This document shows positions 12,801 through 27,599 of a DNA stretch of 64,000 bases, in pieces. The notes below the pieces were generated by a model. That model was not told where the DNA came from. It did no database searches and saw only the letters and a program-made list of their open reading frames with translations. The number at the start of each line of letters is the position of its first letter. Within the stretch, counting starts at the first letter, position 1. The position numbers and the translations under genes are program-made. Source of the DNA: Octopus sinensis (lineage: Eukaryota); contig NC_043007.1 of NCBI RefSeq assembly GCF_006345805.1, forward strand, positions 35,278,001 to 35,342,000. The letters are read 5' to 3'.

Positions 12801-13287
12801 GAGGTTCTATAGTATGTAATCAATTTAATCTTTCTTTCTTTGCCAATAACAAACAGTTATACAACCAGTCTCTATCAACCAGTCAAGAGTCAACAGGAGG
12901 TTTTCACTCGTTTGCGAACTAACGTATTTGCAGTCGTGAATGTTAAGCCTTTGATCATAGGTCGGTTAGTTGAAGCCTTCGCTTGGCTTAAAATAGCAAT
13001 AATAATAACGACATCCGTGGACAGTTTCATTCCCTAGTGAGACCAGCGACAGTTGAGAAGCAATAGAATTCAAAGTGACAAGTTGCTGTCTTTGTTTGCA
13101 ATATCTAAACAGAAAGTAATAAGTCCATCAATAACAAGTGACGTTGTTGCTTTTGTTTAATCCTAGGCTGATCCTAATTGAGCAGAATTATATTCAAAGG
13201 CAGAAAGACACATTAGATAATGAAGTACTACATACATACATACATACATACATACATACATACATACATACATACATACATACATCA

Positions 13288-13686
13288 TACTCTTTTACTT
13301 GTTTCAGTCATTTGACTACGGCCATGCTGGAGCACCGCCTTTAATCGAGCAACTCGACCCCGGGACTTATTCTTTTGTAAGCCCAGTACTTATTCTATCG
13401 GTCTCTTTTGCCGAATCGCTAAGTAACGGGGACATAAATACACCAGCATCGGTTGTCAAGCAATGCTAGAGGGACAAACACAGACACACAAACACACACA
13501 CGCATATATATATACATATATACGACGGGCTTTTTTCAGTTTCCGTCTACCAAATCCACTCACAAGGCTTTGGTCGGCCCGAGGCTATAGCAGAAGACAC
13601 TTGCCCAAGGTGCCACGCAGTGGGACTGAACCCGGAACCATGTGGTTGGTAAACAAGCTACTTACCACACAGCCACTCCTGCGCCT
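13288..13686 (-). mobile_element. SINE family B, full length
   Basis: Reverse complement of the 9610 family consensus. Confidence 0.9.
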
Positions 13687-13735
13687 ATACATACATACAT
13701 ACACACACTCACACACACATACATACATACATATA

Positions 13736-13772
<37 letters not shown>

Positions 13773-13773
13773 C

Positions 13774-13824
<51 letters not shown>

Positions 13825-13874
13825 AAGACAGACAGATAGATTTATATCGAAATATAAACTAGACGTAAGGCCTG

Positions 13875-14135
13875 TAAGTTTTGGCCTATTAGGGCGGCGT
13901 TTCTCCTGGTTTCCACGACAAATAAATTATTGAGATTGAAATAATCCCTTTGACAGAATTTCGAAGGGATGTTTTGTTTACCGCCAATTACTCCTGGTAC
14001 TCATTTCAGTTGAGTAGACCAGAATTGCGTGTAATGAAGTACTTTGCTCAAGGACAGAATGCACCCTCCCCCTTCCTTTCCAGGAATCGAAAATGCAACC
14101 ACATTGTGAGTCCACCATACTAAGCACTGGCCCTT
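13875..14135 (-). mobile_element. Old CORE-type SINE (family D-related)
   Basis: rc contains CCTTGAGCAAAGTAC..CTACTCAACTGAAATGAGTACC, CORE-like; degenerate. Confidence 0.5.
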
Positions 14136-15291
14136 GCGCTTTTATCATACCAGGTATACAATGTATTTTAAAAAGCCGGGGTGGTCATGACTGGACACAT
14201 TTGATTGCAAGTCTACTGCAACATAGTAGTGGGATTACACAACAGCAATGTAATGGTGTGATTTGAGCCACGACAAAACCCTAGGATATTTTAAAAAAAA
14301 CGTGTGGAAATTCAATCTTCTTCTACACTCCACCAACTCAGTGTATTGTACCAATATAAGAAATCTTAACGTGAAATGAAAAAATAAACGTTTCGCTGGT
14401 GAAGTTTGATATGACCAAAACACATTCCAGAAGTTATCGCCCTTACTTGCTAAGATAAGATCAAAGAACTATTAGTCAGTGAGTTAAAATATTCCTCTCT
14501 TCACCAAATTAATATTATTCATTGGATTGTCCTCTTCGCTTTATCAATTGTGGTGGTATGATCATGACAGTCTGATTCGTACGCATGGCATGGTATTTAT
14601 TATTGGCAAATATTTCCTCTCATTACATCAGTTGCCAAGAGATCTAACATGAATGCTTTATTCATGTCGACGACGTCTCAAGTTAAATTTATTCGGTTAT
14701 AAATATCTTACGAACTTACAAGTTCTGACCAGAAATCTCGCGGGGATTTGTTGAAATCAACAGGGCTTGATTGTTGATTTGTTTAACGTAGAATCATTCC
14801 TTACAAATATGTGGTCTTGTGTCGATACTGAAAGGCAAAAGACGGATAGGGAATGCTGAATGACAAATTAAATATTTTGCAGGTTGTAAGTGATACTCTT
14901 GGAGAAACTAATGATACAATAATGATTGGGGAGAAGTGCCAAGGCACGCTATCAGCACGAATCCTAATAGTTAAATCACAAACGTTCTGCTCAGTGTAGT
15001 GAGCGAAAATTTCAATAATGATTACGCAGTGAGAAATAGGAAATGTCTTATATTTATTCTCTCTCACCTTGGTAACTACGGGCGACAACTCCAGACATAT
15101 TTCGGATTTATTAGACATCCACAGCGACGTATAACCATTTTCGTTCTTCCTAGATTAATAAGTGAATCACTGTTTCGATATACCATTATGTACACGCGTA
15201 AGTGTAAAAAAAAAATCTATTATAATGACTAGGGTAAATTACACAGGAATGCAACAATATTTAACCTAGAGTTGATGGCTTCTCTAGTTTG

Positions 15292-15591
15292 TGGAGGCAC
15301 ATGGCCTAGTGGTTAGAGCAGCAGACTCGCGGTCGAGGGAACGCGGGTTCGAATCTCAGACCGGGTGACGTGTGTGTTTATGAGCGAAACACCTAAGCTC
15401 CACGCGGCTCCGGCAGAAGGTAATGGCGAACTTCTGCTGACTCTTTCACCACAACTTTCTATCTTTCCTCCTGTATCTTACAGTTCACCTGCGACGGACC
15501 GGCGTCCCGTCCAGGTGGGGTACCTATACGCCAAGGAAACCGGGAAACTGGCCCTTACGAGCCAGGCATGGCTCGGGAAGGAACAAATAAC
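15292..15591 (+). mobile_element. SINE family C with 14-bp TSD
   Basis: TSD GCTTCTCTAGTTTG at 15278-15291 and 15592-15605; A box TGGCCTAGTGG, B box GGTTCGAATC. Confidence 0.92.
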
Positions 15592-15839
15592 GCTTCTCTA
15601 GTTTGATGTTGCTGTTTCTGTTGTTGTTTAAACTCTATCTCAGCCTTCATTCAGCACATCTATAATCATAGGCATACCAGCCATTCTCGTGTGCGCGCTT
15701 GTTTCAGCAGGAAGCTGGTGAAATATCCTAGTCATTGTTCCTATCTTGTGTTACTAAGGAGGAGGAAAAAAAATTCAAGTGGTTGTATGTCATACAATGC
15801 TCTCAATTACTGAAATGATATTGACAGGATGAGAAACAC

Positions 15840-16340
15840 TTTGTTCATTGTATGTGATAAGTGTTTCTATAACTGTGCCAGTCAGAAACATTTCGTTCAT
15901 AGTAAGAGATAGTGTGTCTCTAACTGTGCAGATATCAACAGGACAAGAGACATTTTGTTGATAGTGTTTCTATGACTGTTCTCGCATTACCAGGATAAGA
16001 AATGTTTTTACAGATTGTATGCGATAGTGTTTCTATAACTACGCAGGCATAGAGCAGGGAGACAAAACAGTTGAGTGAATATGAGAGAATTCACTCCTTA
16101 ATTATGTCAATATCAATTGGGAGACAAGCTCTCTAATCACCGATGATCACGTGAGAGTCTCTACAATTGAGGCAGATACCACCAGGGCGAGAACTGCTCT
16201 ATTGATTGTGTGCACTAGTCACTCCTTAATTGTACTGGTGTCGTCAACAAGGAAAAGAAAAACCATCGAACACAAAGACTTCGGTTTCTTCTGGAAACAA
16301 AGCATGAGAATAAAACGGAAAACAAAACAAGAAAATATAT
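15840..16340. repeat. Degenerate tandem subrepeats (GATAGTGTTTCTATAACTG) and inner right arm of inverted duplication
   Basis: At least four GATAGTGT(T/G)TCT motifs; reverse-complement similarity to 12450-12800. Confidence 0.65.
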
Positions 16341-16691
16341 TTATTATAAAGACAAAGAAAATGATTGTCATGCCATATCTCCACTCCTTTACGCCATTAT
16401 TTCCTTCTCTCTCTCTCGTTATGTACACGCACACATCCTGTATTTGTGAACGCGTGCGTGTATATGTATATATATATGTATATATACATACATATGCACA
16501 TTCACACAAATGGATGGATCTTTATCTCCCCCAGTCGATTCTCTTTCATTAGGAAATGATGAAAGAACAGGAATAAAACAAGATCTTGGCATCAAACAGA
16601 AGAGAAATGAATGCAAAAGCGACAAGACAGCGTGAAGATGAGGATGGAGGGAGGAATAAGAGGGAGAAAAAAAAGAAAGAAAGGAAAAGAG

Positions 16692-17023
16692 AATAAACGA
16701 ATGAACAGCTACTTGAAAAAGAAAAATTGATTAGAAGCGTAGAGATAAAAGCAAGCTATTTGGCAGACATTATTTACTCGCTGTAGAAGGGGAAGTAGAG
16801 CTTAGAACTATGTATTACGTCATGGAATTTTCCATCATGCTTTCTAGTCGTGTACTGACAGTGCGCGCCTACCAGACTGTAAAGTGAATCAATAACTATA
16901 CAATAGAGAGAGAAAGAGAGAGACTATGGGGAGAAAAACTAGGTACGCCATCACCGACACCAGCTGGACGCTGTATCTACTAGATTAACTGAAAAATGTC
17001 TAGAATTGACTGTTTGTTCACTG
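16692..17023. repeat. Right arm of 332-bp near-perfect inverted repeat
   Basis: See 11513-11844. Confidence 0.95.
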
Positions 17024-17138
17024 GTGTGTGCGTATGTAAATTGATATATACATGTATACAAACATATATACGAAATACATTCATATATATATACACACAC
17101 ACATACATGTGTACGTATGATGTACGTGTGTGTGTGTA

Positions 17139-17194
<56 letters not shown>

Positions 17195-18180
17195 ATACAT
17201 AATGAACGTATATATCCGTGGAATGTGTAATTGTAGTGCTTAATGTATGTATATATGTGCAAAGCTGAATATGGCGTGTTTGATTGAGTGTAGAGCGAAC
17301 TATAAAGATATGAAAGGAATGGCAGAGGTGGGCGAATCAGAAAATGAAATAGAAGAAAGCTTTGCGCAAAATGTCACCCTCTAACAACACTGCACTGCAG
17401 TTATTTATTACTGTATCAGCTCTGATTGGACAGACCTATGATCATAGGCATCCTACATATGGCCATCTCGCTGTTTTGAGTGTTAGGGACTCCATCTCCC
17501 AAAGTCTTGTCTTTCATTGAAAATAGCAGTGTTTGATTAAGGCAGATTTGGCTAAGTTTGCAGCGAATCGAGTAACCATAATCATATTCCCTAGTCGATT
17601 CATGTTAGCTTCTAAATTTGCATGTATGTACGTAACGTCTGATCGCGTTGGTTAACTTGAGAGCAACTCTCGCACAGAGCAGACACGGAGCTGTGATCAA
17701 AGGCACACCAGCTGTGAACGACTTGTCTTTTTTTTCTCCTTCATGCAAGGAAGGAATTGCGAACCGTATTTAACCATCGTGTCCCTTTTCAAAACTGCAG
17801 GATGTGATCTGAAGTGGGAAGATCTGACTGCTATTTCTAATAGTTCGCAACATCTCGCTTCTTTTCCTCGTTCCTATGAGAGCGTTGCAATAAAGTCTGT
17901 TGCCATGCATGTTAAATCTACGGATCTTGCTATTTTCTACTCCCACTTTCTCTCTTTCCCTCTTTTTCAGTTTAATCTATGTTGAGGCTTACATAGTGTT
18001 CCGTTGATGCTCACATGTGTAATAGAACACACATTTCCTGCTAGTTTCAATAGAGTTTCATTGCTCTATTCCTGCTAGTCATAAATTCATCCATCTACAT
18101 ACCCACCAATCTATTTCTTCTCTTTTCCCATTCTCTCGTTCTCTCTCTTTCTCTCTCTCTCCACACAGACACACACGCCC

Positions 18181-18227
<47 letters not shown>

Positions 18228-18275
18228 CACATATATATATACATAGATCATTTATATATATATATATTTTGTACG

Positions 18276-18308
<33 letters not shown>

Positions 18309-18639
18309 GGGCATACAGTCATAATCCACATCATATACACACACACACATACACATGACACATGACAATTTATGACTATATTTATTTATACAGCTGTATG
18401 TAGTGAAATATGAACTTATAATACGTTTGAAAGCTGGCGGGGAGGGGAAGTAGCGGCGGCGGTAACCTTTCAACGTCTTTTTCTGTTTTTTTATTTTATT
18501 TTATTTTATTTTATTTTATTCTTTCTTTCTTTATCATTTCCTTTTCACAACATGAAGGCTTGTGGGAATTAAATAATATAATACGAGTGGAAATTTCCAT
18601 CACGCGTTTTTCTGCTGTCTGCCACGTGATAGCTTCATG

Positions 18640-19480
18640 ATAACTTTAACCCTCCACAACCACCAATCCACCGCCATCCATTACGCTCACCCTCCCCTAC
18701 CCCCTTCATACACGTCCATCCTCCCCTTTACCCCTCCCCCTCCTTTACCTCTCCTCCTCCTTTACCCCTCCCCCTCCTTTACCTCTCCTCCTCCTTTACC
18801 CCCCTCCTCCCCGTTCACCCTTCCTCCTCCTTTATCCCCCTCCTCCCCATTCACCCTTCCTCCTTTACCCCCTCCCCCTTTACCCTCCCCTCCCCTCCCC
18901 GTTACCCACCTCTCTCTGCTACCACGACAATCTATGCGCCTCCTCCTTCGACTATTATAGTTACTCTCACCACCGCTACTCCGACTACAACCACTGCAAC
19001 TCACCGCTCTTCCCCTCCTTTTCCCCGCACCTCTGCATCCCCATCCTTCCCCTCATACAACCACGACATCCACGCCTCCTCCATCTACATTACTATACCA
19101 CCACCCTCACCTTCACCACCACCATCACCACCACCACCACCATCATGACCCGTCACGACCACCATCGACCCCCATGCAACCTCCTCACCCCCACACCTCT
19201 ATTGCTAACCATCCCCTCCACCACCTGTACCAAACCATGGCTGCCATCTAGTGTCAGCCATTCCCCTCCACCACCACCATCGTCTTATTTACTAGCACCA
19301 TCTGCCGCCGCTGTCTCCACTACTCCCGCCACCACCACTCCCACTGCAACTACCGCCGCCGCCACCATTACTCCTACCACAACTACCGCCGCCACCACCG
19401 TTAACCGCCCCTCCACCTCCAAAACCTCCACCACCACCTCCACCGTCGCCAAATTTCCATTTACTAACCACTTCACTAAC
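18640..19480. repeat. C-rich low-complexity region (CCT/CCA/CCG degenerate repeats)
   Basis: Strong C-over-G skew; poly-P/T/G pseudo-ORFs. Confidence 0.85.
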
Positions 19481-20489
19481 TGCTGAATCACGCCGCCGCT
19501 TATACAGCAATGTCGGCGACAAAGGAATGTTTCTCCCGTTGTTGTACTGTGAGATTTAATCATATGGCTTGTACAATGGAACGAACGAATGAATGGCTTT
19601 TTATCAAATAAACACCCTTTGACTTTAATGGAAATATCGTCTTTGCTTCCTTTCTAATTCACGCAGACTCACATACATATATCTGTGTGTGTATGTGTTG
19701 TATGTATTTAGACGCATACACGCATACGCGCAATTGTATGTATATAATACTGTTATTTGATATTCTCACTGAGTTTCTCCTTTTCTCCTTTTCATTTTAG
19801 ATACTCGTCCTAATTTTCTGCCTCCCCGGACCACTCCTCGCCATTTTTTCCCCATAATTTTCTCATGTGTACCACAAAATGAATTTTCCCATGTAATACA
19901 AGCAAACAAAACGTATGCACACACAGGAATACACATTGCATGCTTGTATGAATGTATGTATGTATGTATGTATGTATGTAGGTATGTATGTATGTATGTA
20001 TGTATGTTTGTATGTATTTCATATTGAAAGACTCTCAATTTTGCCTTCCCGCCAAACGCATATATGGAAGCCATTGCTGGAACGGTGTCAGGCTCTTGGC
20101 AAAGGAATACAGATCTGCTCTTGGTTGGTCGGTTTAGTGTCAAACAACAAAAACGACAACAACAACAACAAAAACATATCCTGTCATGATACGATTTTAA
20201 TCAATCAATCAAGTAGCCATATTGATGATGATGACGGCGATGACAATGGTAATGGTGGTGGTGGTGGTGGTGCTGTAGCCGGTGCTGCTGGTCTTGGCGT
20301 CGTCGTCGTCGTTTTGATGCGATGATGATGATGATGATGATGACGATGCCGATGGCGATTTATTAATAAAGAAAAGCATCCAATAACTCTGTCAGTGCTT
20401 TTCTGTTTGACATGTCTTTCAGAGCCGTTCTTGTTTGCTCTTGTCTTGCTCGGCGTGCAAAACGAGTTTGGGTTCGTGAGGTCAACGCA

Positions 20490-20631
20490 TTATACCACCA
20501 CCACCACCACCACTACTACTACTACTACTACCACCACCACCACCACCACCACCACCACCACTACTACTACTACTACCACCACCACCACCACTACCACCAC
20601 CACCACCACCACCACCACCACCACCACCACC

Positions 20632-20695
<64 letters not shown>
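20490..20695. repeat. (CAC)n/(TAC)n compound trinucleotide repeat
   Basis: Direct inspection. Confidence 0.95.
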
Positions 20696-20699
20696 ATAA

Positions 20700-20915
20700 G
20701 GCGGCGAACAGGCAGAATCGTTAGCACGCTAGACGAAATGCTCAGCGGTATTTCGTTTGTTTTTACGTTCAGAGTTCACATCCTTTTGAAGTCGATTTTG
20801 CCTTTCATCCTTTCGGGGTCGATGCAAAACTACTAGTCGAGCACTACTAGGTCGATGTAACCGACTAACCTCCCCCACCCCACCCCACCCCAAAATGTCA
20901 GGCCTTGTGACCATA
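20700..20915 (+). mobile_element. SINE family A, tail type 2
   Basis: GGCGGCGA..GCAGAATCGTTAGCACG head; core GCCTTTCATCCTTTCGGGGTCGAT. Confidence 0.85.
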
Positions 20916-21217
20916 GATGAAAAGATTGTTGCTATTGTTGTTATTACTGTCGTCGTTGCTGTTTCGTTTTATGTGAAATCCGGTTCAGAATTTTAAAAGA
21001 AAATCACTCTTCAGAACGAATTGCTTAAAAAGAAAAAAAACTAGTAATTTTTTAGTGTGCGCGCGCACGTGTTTTAGATTTATTTTCTAAAGAATCGTAT
21101 GACATTTCAAATCAAAGAGCTTGTTATCGCTGTTGTTGTTTTTAGCCTGAGGCCAGTTCTAATCAAGAAGACTTATGATCCCCGCCATAATTATTGCGTT
21201 TTCTTTGATCTTTTTTC

Positions 21218-21547
21218 TTTACTCTTGTACTTGTTTCAGTCATTTGACTGCGGCCATGCTGGAGCACCGCCTTAAGTCGAGCAAATCGACCCCGGGACTT
21301 ATTCTTTGTGAGCCCAGTACTTATTGTATCGGTCTCTTTTGCCGAACCGCTAAGTGACGGGGACGTAAACACACCAGCAATGCTAGGGGGACAAACACAG
21401 ACACACAAACATATACACACACACTTATATATATATATATACATATATACGACAGGCTTCTTTCAGTTTCCGTCTACCAAATCCACTCACAAGGCATTGA
21501 TCGGCCCGGAGCTATAGCAGAAGACGCCCAAGATGCCACGCAGTGGG
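21218..21547 (-). mobile_element. SINE family B, 5'-truncated
   Basis: Matches family B. Confidence 0.85.
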
Positions 21548-21654
21548 ACAAATTAATTTTTGTATGTTCCTTTCATTTGTAATTGTTCAATTGTGGTTAT
21601 TCTCAGCCTCGTTGACTCCATCATGCACAGCAAGATGAATTATCTTTCGCCTCT

Positions 21655-21960
21655 TACCCCTTTTGCTTGTTTCAGTCATTGCACTGCGGCTATGCTGGGG
21701 TACCACCATGAAGGGTCGCTTTTGTTGAATTGCTAGGTTACGGAGATTTAAACAACCAACATCGGTTCTCAAGCAATGATGAACGCACGCACATGCATAT
21801 ATACGACGGGATAATTTCAGTTTCCATCTTACCAAAGCAATTCACAAGGTTTTGATCAGTCTGTGGTTAGATTAAAAGACACTTGCCCAAGGTGCCACGC
21901 AGTAGGACTGAACCCGAAACTATAAGGCTGGAAAGCAAACTTCTTACCACACAGCCACGG
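21655..21960 (-). mobile_element. SINE family B, older diverged copy
   Basis: Matches family B with many substitutions. Confidence 0.75.
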
Positions 21961-23117
21961 CTGTCATACATTTCTTCTTCTTTTTTATCTTTCGCTCAGG
22001 AGAGTTGGCAGAGCTAATGGCCTTCCGCGGGGTCTCTGAGACTGGTGAAAAGGAAGAACAGCAGTATTCTTACGTTGGAAACTTGGATTGAATACTAGTA
22101 ACAAGATGGTCTCCACAAAAGGCACCCAAGATTCTATATGGTGGTGTTAAACCGGATAACGGTTTAAGTCTATCATCGAAGTACGCCATGGTGGGATTTG
22201 AACACAGAACACAAATAATCGGCACTAATACCATAAGGTATCTATTGGATGTTCTAACAGTTCCATCAGTCCATTGTCTTGGATTTGTGCATTTTTCATT
22301 GACCCCTAAATAACGAAAAGCACAGTTTACCTCGGCGAGATTTGAACTCAGAGCAGAGAAGAAAACATAAAAAGATGTCAATGGTGTACTTGACATGGAA
22401 ACAAAATATTAAACATACGCACACACACACACATATATAAACAAACTATAATTAATATTAATTTTTTTTTACATTAATGGCGTACTTCGCATGAAGACTC
22501 ACACCACACATGAATATGCAAAATTACGCACACACACACACACACAAACACTCTCTCTCACACACACACACACAAAAATACTCTCTCCTCTCTGCCCCTC
22601 TATCTACCCGTGTCTCTCTCCATATCTCTCTCCTTTCCCTCCCTCCCTCTCTCTCTCTCTCTCTCACACACTATAATCTTTAAGTTAGAATTTCTTAAGA
22701 ACTCAGAACGATATTTTTCTTATCTCGTTTTATTAATCCAAAATTATAGATACACATCTTTTTAACGCAATCAAACATTAAAAAGGATTTTCTAAATCCA
22801 TTACATTACTTGAGCATCTTTGAAAATTCTCTTTTTAAAAAAATCCATGACACACAGAGATAATCCTTTCTGGTGTGCCGTTTGAGAAAGATCTGCCGGA
22901 ACGAATCATATATGAAAGATGTGACTGCTGTTTCTAACAGGACGAGTGACTGTGTAAACATTCCTTCGTTGCTATTTTTCTTTGTTTCTCTTGATCGCTT
23001 GACATAGAATCATCTGAATAAATGGCGTTAAATGAAATGTTTCTTTTCTTACTTGGAATTAGGATAAATATATCACTTCGTACTATAATTTGGGCAATAT
23101 CATAAATGAGTGTAGAG

Positions 23118-23300
23118 CGACGAGTTGACAGAATTGTTAGCACGCCGGACAAAATCCTTAACGGCATTTCGTTTGTCTTTACGCTCCCAGTGCAAATTCT
23201 GCCGATGTAGAAATTTGCCTTTCATCCCTTCAGGGTCGATAAAAAAAGTACTAGTTTAGCACTGGGATCGAGGTAATCGACTTGATCCCGAAATTTGAAA
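23118..23300 (+). mobile_element. SINE family A, older copy
   Basis: GAGTTGACAGAATTGTTAGCACGCCGG head and core. Confidence 0.75.
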
Positions 23301-23834
23301 CCACTATAATAAATGTGTGTTTTTTTCGTACAATATTTTCGAGTTGGGTAAATATATCATTTCGTACGTGGCCTTAGAGTAGGCTTGAAAAAACATTAGA
23401 GCTCAGACGTGAAAGCTAAAAGGAATTATAACGCATCATGAATATACGTATTTATTACTATGACCGGGTTCCAACCCGGGCTGCAGCAGCAAAGTCCAAC
23501 CATCACACTTCTCGGTCAATCATCACTGCCTCGAGGTCCTGGGGTCGATTTGCTCGATTAAAAGCGGTGCTCCAGCATGGCCACAGTCAAATGATTGAAA
23601 CAAGGAAAATAGTTGAGTAAAAGAGTATGAGCATGTCCCTCCTCCCTTATTCAGCGAGGGAGCCTCTACGTAGTCACTTATCGACTAGTCAGATGTAGTA
23701 ATTAGATCTCCCGCAGATCGACCCACCCTACTCCCACTCGCTCATCAACCGTCTAAAGGAAACAGTGGGTAATGTGATTCAGAGTGTACTCTAGACAGTG
23801 AAACACAAGGAATGGTCACAGTTTTGTTTGTTCC

Positions 23835-24492
23835 TTCTCGAGCTATGCCCGGTTTCCTTGGCGTATAGGTTCCCTACCTGCGACGGGACGCCGGTCTTAC
23901 TCTTTTACTTGTTTCAGTCATTTGACTGTGGCCATGCTAGAGCACCGCCTTAAATCGAGCAACTCGACCCCAGGACTTATTCTTTTGTAAGCCCAGCACT
24001 TATTCTATCGGTCTCTTTTGCCGAACCGCTAAGAAACGGGGACATAAACACACTAGCATCGGTTGTCAAGCAATGCTAGGGGGACAATCACAGACACACA
24101 AACCCACACACGCATATATATATATATACATATATACGACGGGCTTCTTTCAGTTTCCGTCTACCAAATCCACTCACAAGGCATTGGTCAGCCCGAGGCT
24201 ATAGCAGAAGACACTTGCCCAAGGTGCCACGCAGTGGGACTGAACCCGGAACCATGTGGTTGGTAAACAAGCTACTTACCACACAGCCAGGCGAGCTGCA
24301 AGATGCAGGAGAAACGAGTAAGAGAAAGTTGTGGCGAAAGAGTCAGCAGATGTTCGCCATTACCTTCTGCCGGAGCTACGTGGAGATTAGGTGTTTCGCT
24401 TATAAACACACAAATCGCCCGGTCTGAGATTCGAACCCGCGATCCCTCGACCGCGAGTCCGCTGCTCTAACCACTAGGCCATGTGCCTCCAC
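23835..24492 (-). mobile_element. SINE C (head 24290-24492, tail 23835-23896) interrupted by SINE B (23897-24289)
   Basis: C head and C tail flank a complete B copy in the same orientation. Confidence 0.8.
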
Positions 24493-25433
24493 TAATGGTC
24501 ACAGGTGGATTGCTTGTAATCGTATGTCTGCTCAGTCAAGGCTGACCCACGGTTAAACAACAACAACAACCTAACCAGGCAAGCAGAAAAATGAATAAAA
24601 TGAATGTGAATTTTCAATAAGGGAGAATCGAAAATAGGTCGTGAGCACGATACATTAAAAGCTTCAGTTAGCTCTTTACTTCTCCATAATACAATCACAC
24701 ACAAGAAGCAGGCTGGCTGATAATCTTTTGAGATAAAACGTGCTTCGGTTTACTGAACGTGTAAAGGGAAATGAGTCATGCTAGCTTCGCAATGCTTTTA
24801 GAAGACGTTGCTAAATATGGCAAACATACATTATGAATCGATGTAAACAGCTAAGGCGTGTACATAAAAACGAAACAGTACGTTACGCCCACATCACAAC
24901 GGCCAAACCACGCCTACCAAAATGGCGACCGTATTTAATAGCTGGCTATGTAGCAGGGAAAAACCAAATTCGTTTACAAATTAAGCTTGAATTCACGTCT
25001 TAATCTTGCAGGCGAGTTTCATACCTAGACTTGATCGCTCTCGTTCTGTTTTAACTACAATTCTAATAACAAAACGTACAAACAAAGCTGTGATACGTTT
25101 AACCTTGTATTCTGTCCTGATAGAAATGAGTTGTCGTGCTATGTGTAACGTACTTATTTATCTTCGTTAACTAGTTCATGGCTTTGTGTGTGTGTGCATG
25201 TTGTGTTGTGTGTGTTTGTAGGTTGTGTTGTGTGTGTGTGTGCGCGTATATATGTATGTATATGTTTATGTGAATATAGGTATGTATTTTTTATGTGTAT
25301 ATATGTAGATAAATGCATGTGTACGTATGAGTATATGTATGTACATATACATAGGTGTGTATATATGTACGTGTATAAGTTGTTTATATGTGTGCGCGCA
25401 AACACACGCTCACACACATACCTATTTCTTTAC

Positions 25434-25823
25434 TACCCACAAGGGGCTAAACACAGAGGGGACAAACGGATTAAGTCGATTATATCGACTCCAGTGTGTA
25501 ACATGTACTTAATTTATCGACCCCGAAAGGATGAAAGGCAAAGTCGACCTCGGCGGAATTTGAACTCAGAACGTAACGGCAGACGAAATACCTATTTCTT
25601 TATTACCCACAAGGGGCTAAACATAGAGGGGACAAACAAGGACAGGCATAGGTATTAAGTCGATTACATCGACCCCAGTGCGTAACTGGTACTTAATTTA
25701 TCGACCCCGAAAGGATGAAAGGCAAAATCGACCTCGGCGGAATTTGAACTCAGAACGTAACGGCAGACGAAATACCGCTAAGCATTTCGCCCGGCGTGCT
25801 AACGATTCTTCCAGCTCGCTGCC
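25434..25823 (-). mobile_element. SINE A dimer, tail type 1
   Basis: Internal junction AAGAAAT|AGGTATTTCG near 25590; flanks AGGTA(C/T)GTGTGT look like a TSD. Confidence 0.9.
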
Positions 25824-26298
25824 TTACAAACACACGTACCTACAGACAGATAGAGACAGAAAGTGATTCTTTTATTCTTTCACTGAAGTTAGTCAGTGGA
25901 CAACGCCCGTGGGTAAGTGTTGTATTCACGGTTTTTTTTCCGTCGAGTATATCAATCCAAATACCTCTTTTTCCTCTGGTACTTATTTCATCGATTTGTC
26001 TCGCATGGTTAAGTTCAGTTGCTTTTTGGAGCGAATCGACGCATCATTTTATACTGGCGAACGAACACGTAAGCACAAGCATTCGCGCGCGCACACACAT
26101 ATCTCAAATTGTTTGCATTCCTCGCAACTAATTCAATCTCTTCTACATTCCTGACTAAGCAAAGCCTTTGAATGCCTCATTTCATGTGGAATGTATTGTC
26201 ATCCTGTTTATATTCTGGAAAATTTAGTTGATCTGCTTTAGTTTTGCAGCTCTCTATTTCATCCACGTGTTTATTTTTAATATTACGTTTCTTCAGTA

Positions 26299-26915
26299 CA
26301 GCGAGCTGACAATCGTTAGCACAGAGAGCAAAATGCTCAGCGGCATTTCGTCCATCTGAGTTCGAATTCCACCGAGGTCGACTTCGTCTTTCATCCTTTC
26401 GGGGGTCAAGAAAATAAGTATTAGTTGAACCTTGGGGCCGATGTAATTGACTTACTCCCCTCCCACGAAATTGCTGGCCTTGTATCAAAATTTGAAATCC
26501 ATATAATGCTTCTTCAAGGCGGCGACCTGACAGAATCGTTAGCACGCCGGGCAAAATTCTTAGCAGCATTTCGTCTGCCGTTACGTTCTGAGTTCCAATT
26601 CCACCGAGGTCGACTTTGCTTTTCATCATTTCGGGGTCGATTAAATAAGTACCAGTTACGCACTGGGGTCGATATAATCGACTTAATCCGTTTGTCTGTC
26701 CTTGTTTGTCCCCTCTGTGTGTAGCCCCTTGTGGGCAGTAAAGGAATAGGTATTTCATCTGCCATTATGTTCTGAGTTCAAATTCCGCCGCGGTCAACTT
26801 CGCTTTTCATCCTTTCGAAGGTCAACAAGATAAATACCAGTTGAGCACAGTTATCAGTGTGTACCGATTTACCCCTTCCCCGAACTTGCTGGCCTTGGGC
26901 CAAAACTTGATACCA
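26299..26915 (+). mobile_element. Cluster of three SINE A units (tail 2, tail 1, tail 2)
   Basis: Heads at 26299 and 26518; junction GGAAT|AGGTATTTC at ~26748. Confidence 0.85.
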
Positions 26916-27169
26916 GTAGTGCGTCTCTTCTACTTAACGTTGACCTTAAAACCAATTTTAATACTCACTGAAATTTTCCCCGAACAGTTCCTATATTTCT
27001 GCCTCCTTCATCTTATCTGTTTCAATTATTCTATTATTCTCAGGTACTTAAACCCATTCTCTGCAATGTCCTATCTGGTTTTCCCTCTTACCGACGAGTC
27101 TGGGTTTGACCATAAACAAAAGCAACTAAAATTGTTCATTTTAAACTGTTTCTTTCCTCAGTCATGGCT

Positions 27170-27545
27170 GCGTGATTAAGAAGCGTTCTTTCCAACCGTA
27201 TGGCCTTGGGTTCAATCCCACTGTACGGCACTTTGGAGAAGTGTTTTCTACTATAGCTCCGGATTACTCGAAACCTTGTGAGTGGATTTGGTAGACAGAA
27301 ACTAAAGAAGTGTGTCGTATGATCTATGTGTGTATCTTTGCGTCTGTATTTGACCCCACCGCTTGACAACCGATTTTGGTTTGTTCACGTTCCCTGTAAA
27401 TTAACGGTTCGACAAAAAAAAAAACCCCGATAGACTAAGTACAAGACTTAAAAAATAAAGTAAGCACTGCGGTCGATTTGTTCGACTAAACCCTTCCAGG
27501 CGGTGCTCCATCATGGCCGCAATCCTACGCCTTGAACGAGCAAAA
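27170..27545 (+). mobile_element. SINE family B, older copy
   Basis: Family B similarity. Confidence 0.75.
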
Positions 27546-27599
27546 GATCCAAACCCAACATATTTTTTACTTTAATCTATTTTTATTATTTCTTTCATA

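Noticed and set aside
18637-19563. Pro/Thr/Gly-rich ORFs resembling extensin or mucin
   Set aside because: Low-complexity C-rich repeat, open on both strands, no splice or domain support
24915-24932. YY1-like CAAAATGGCGAC and isolated CRE/bZIP sites (TGACGTCA ~45854, TTACGTAA ~63725)
   Set aside because: Single short motifs expected by chance; no supporting TSS evidence
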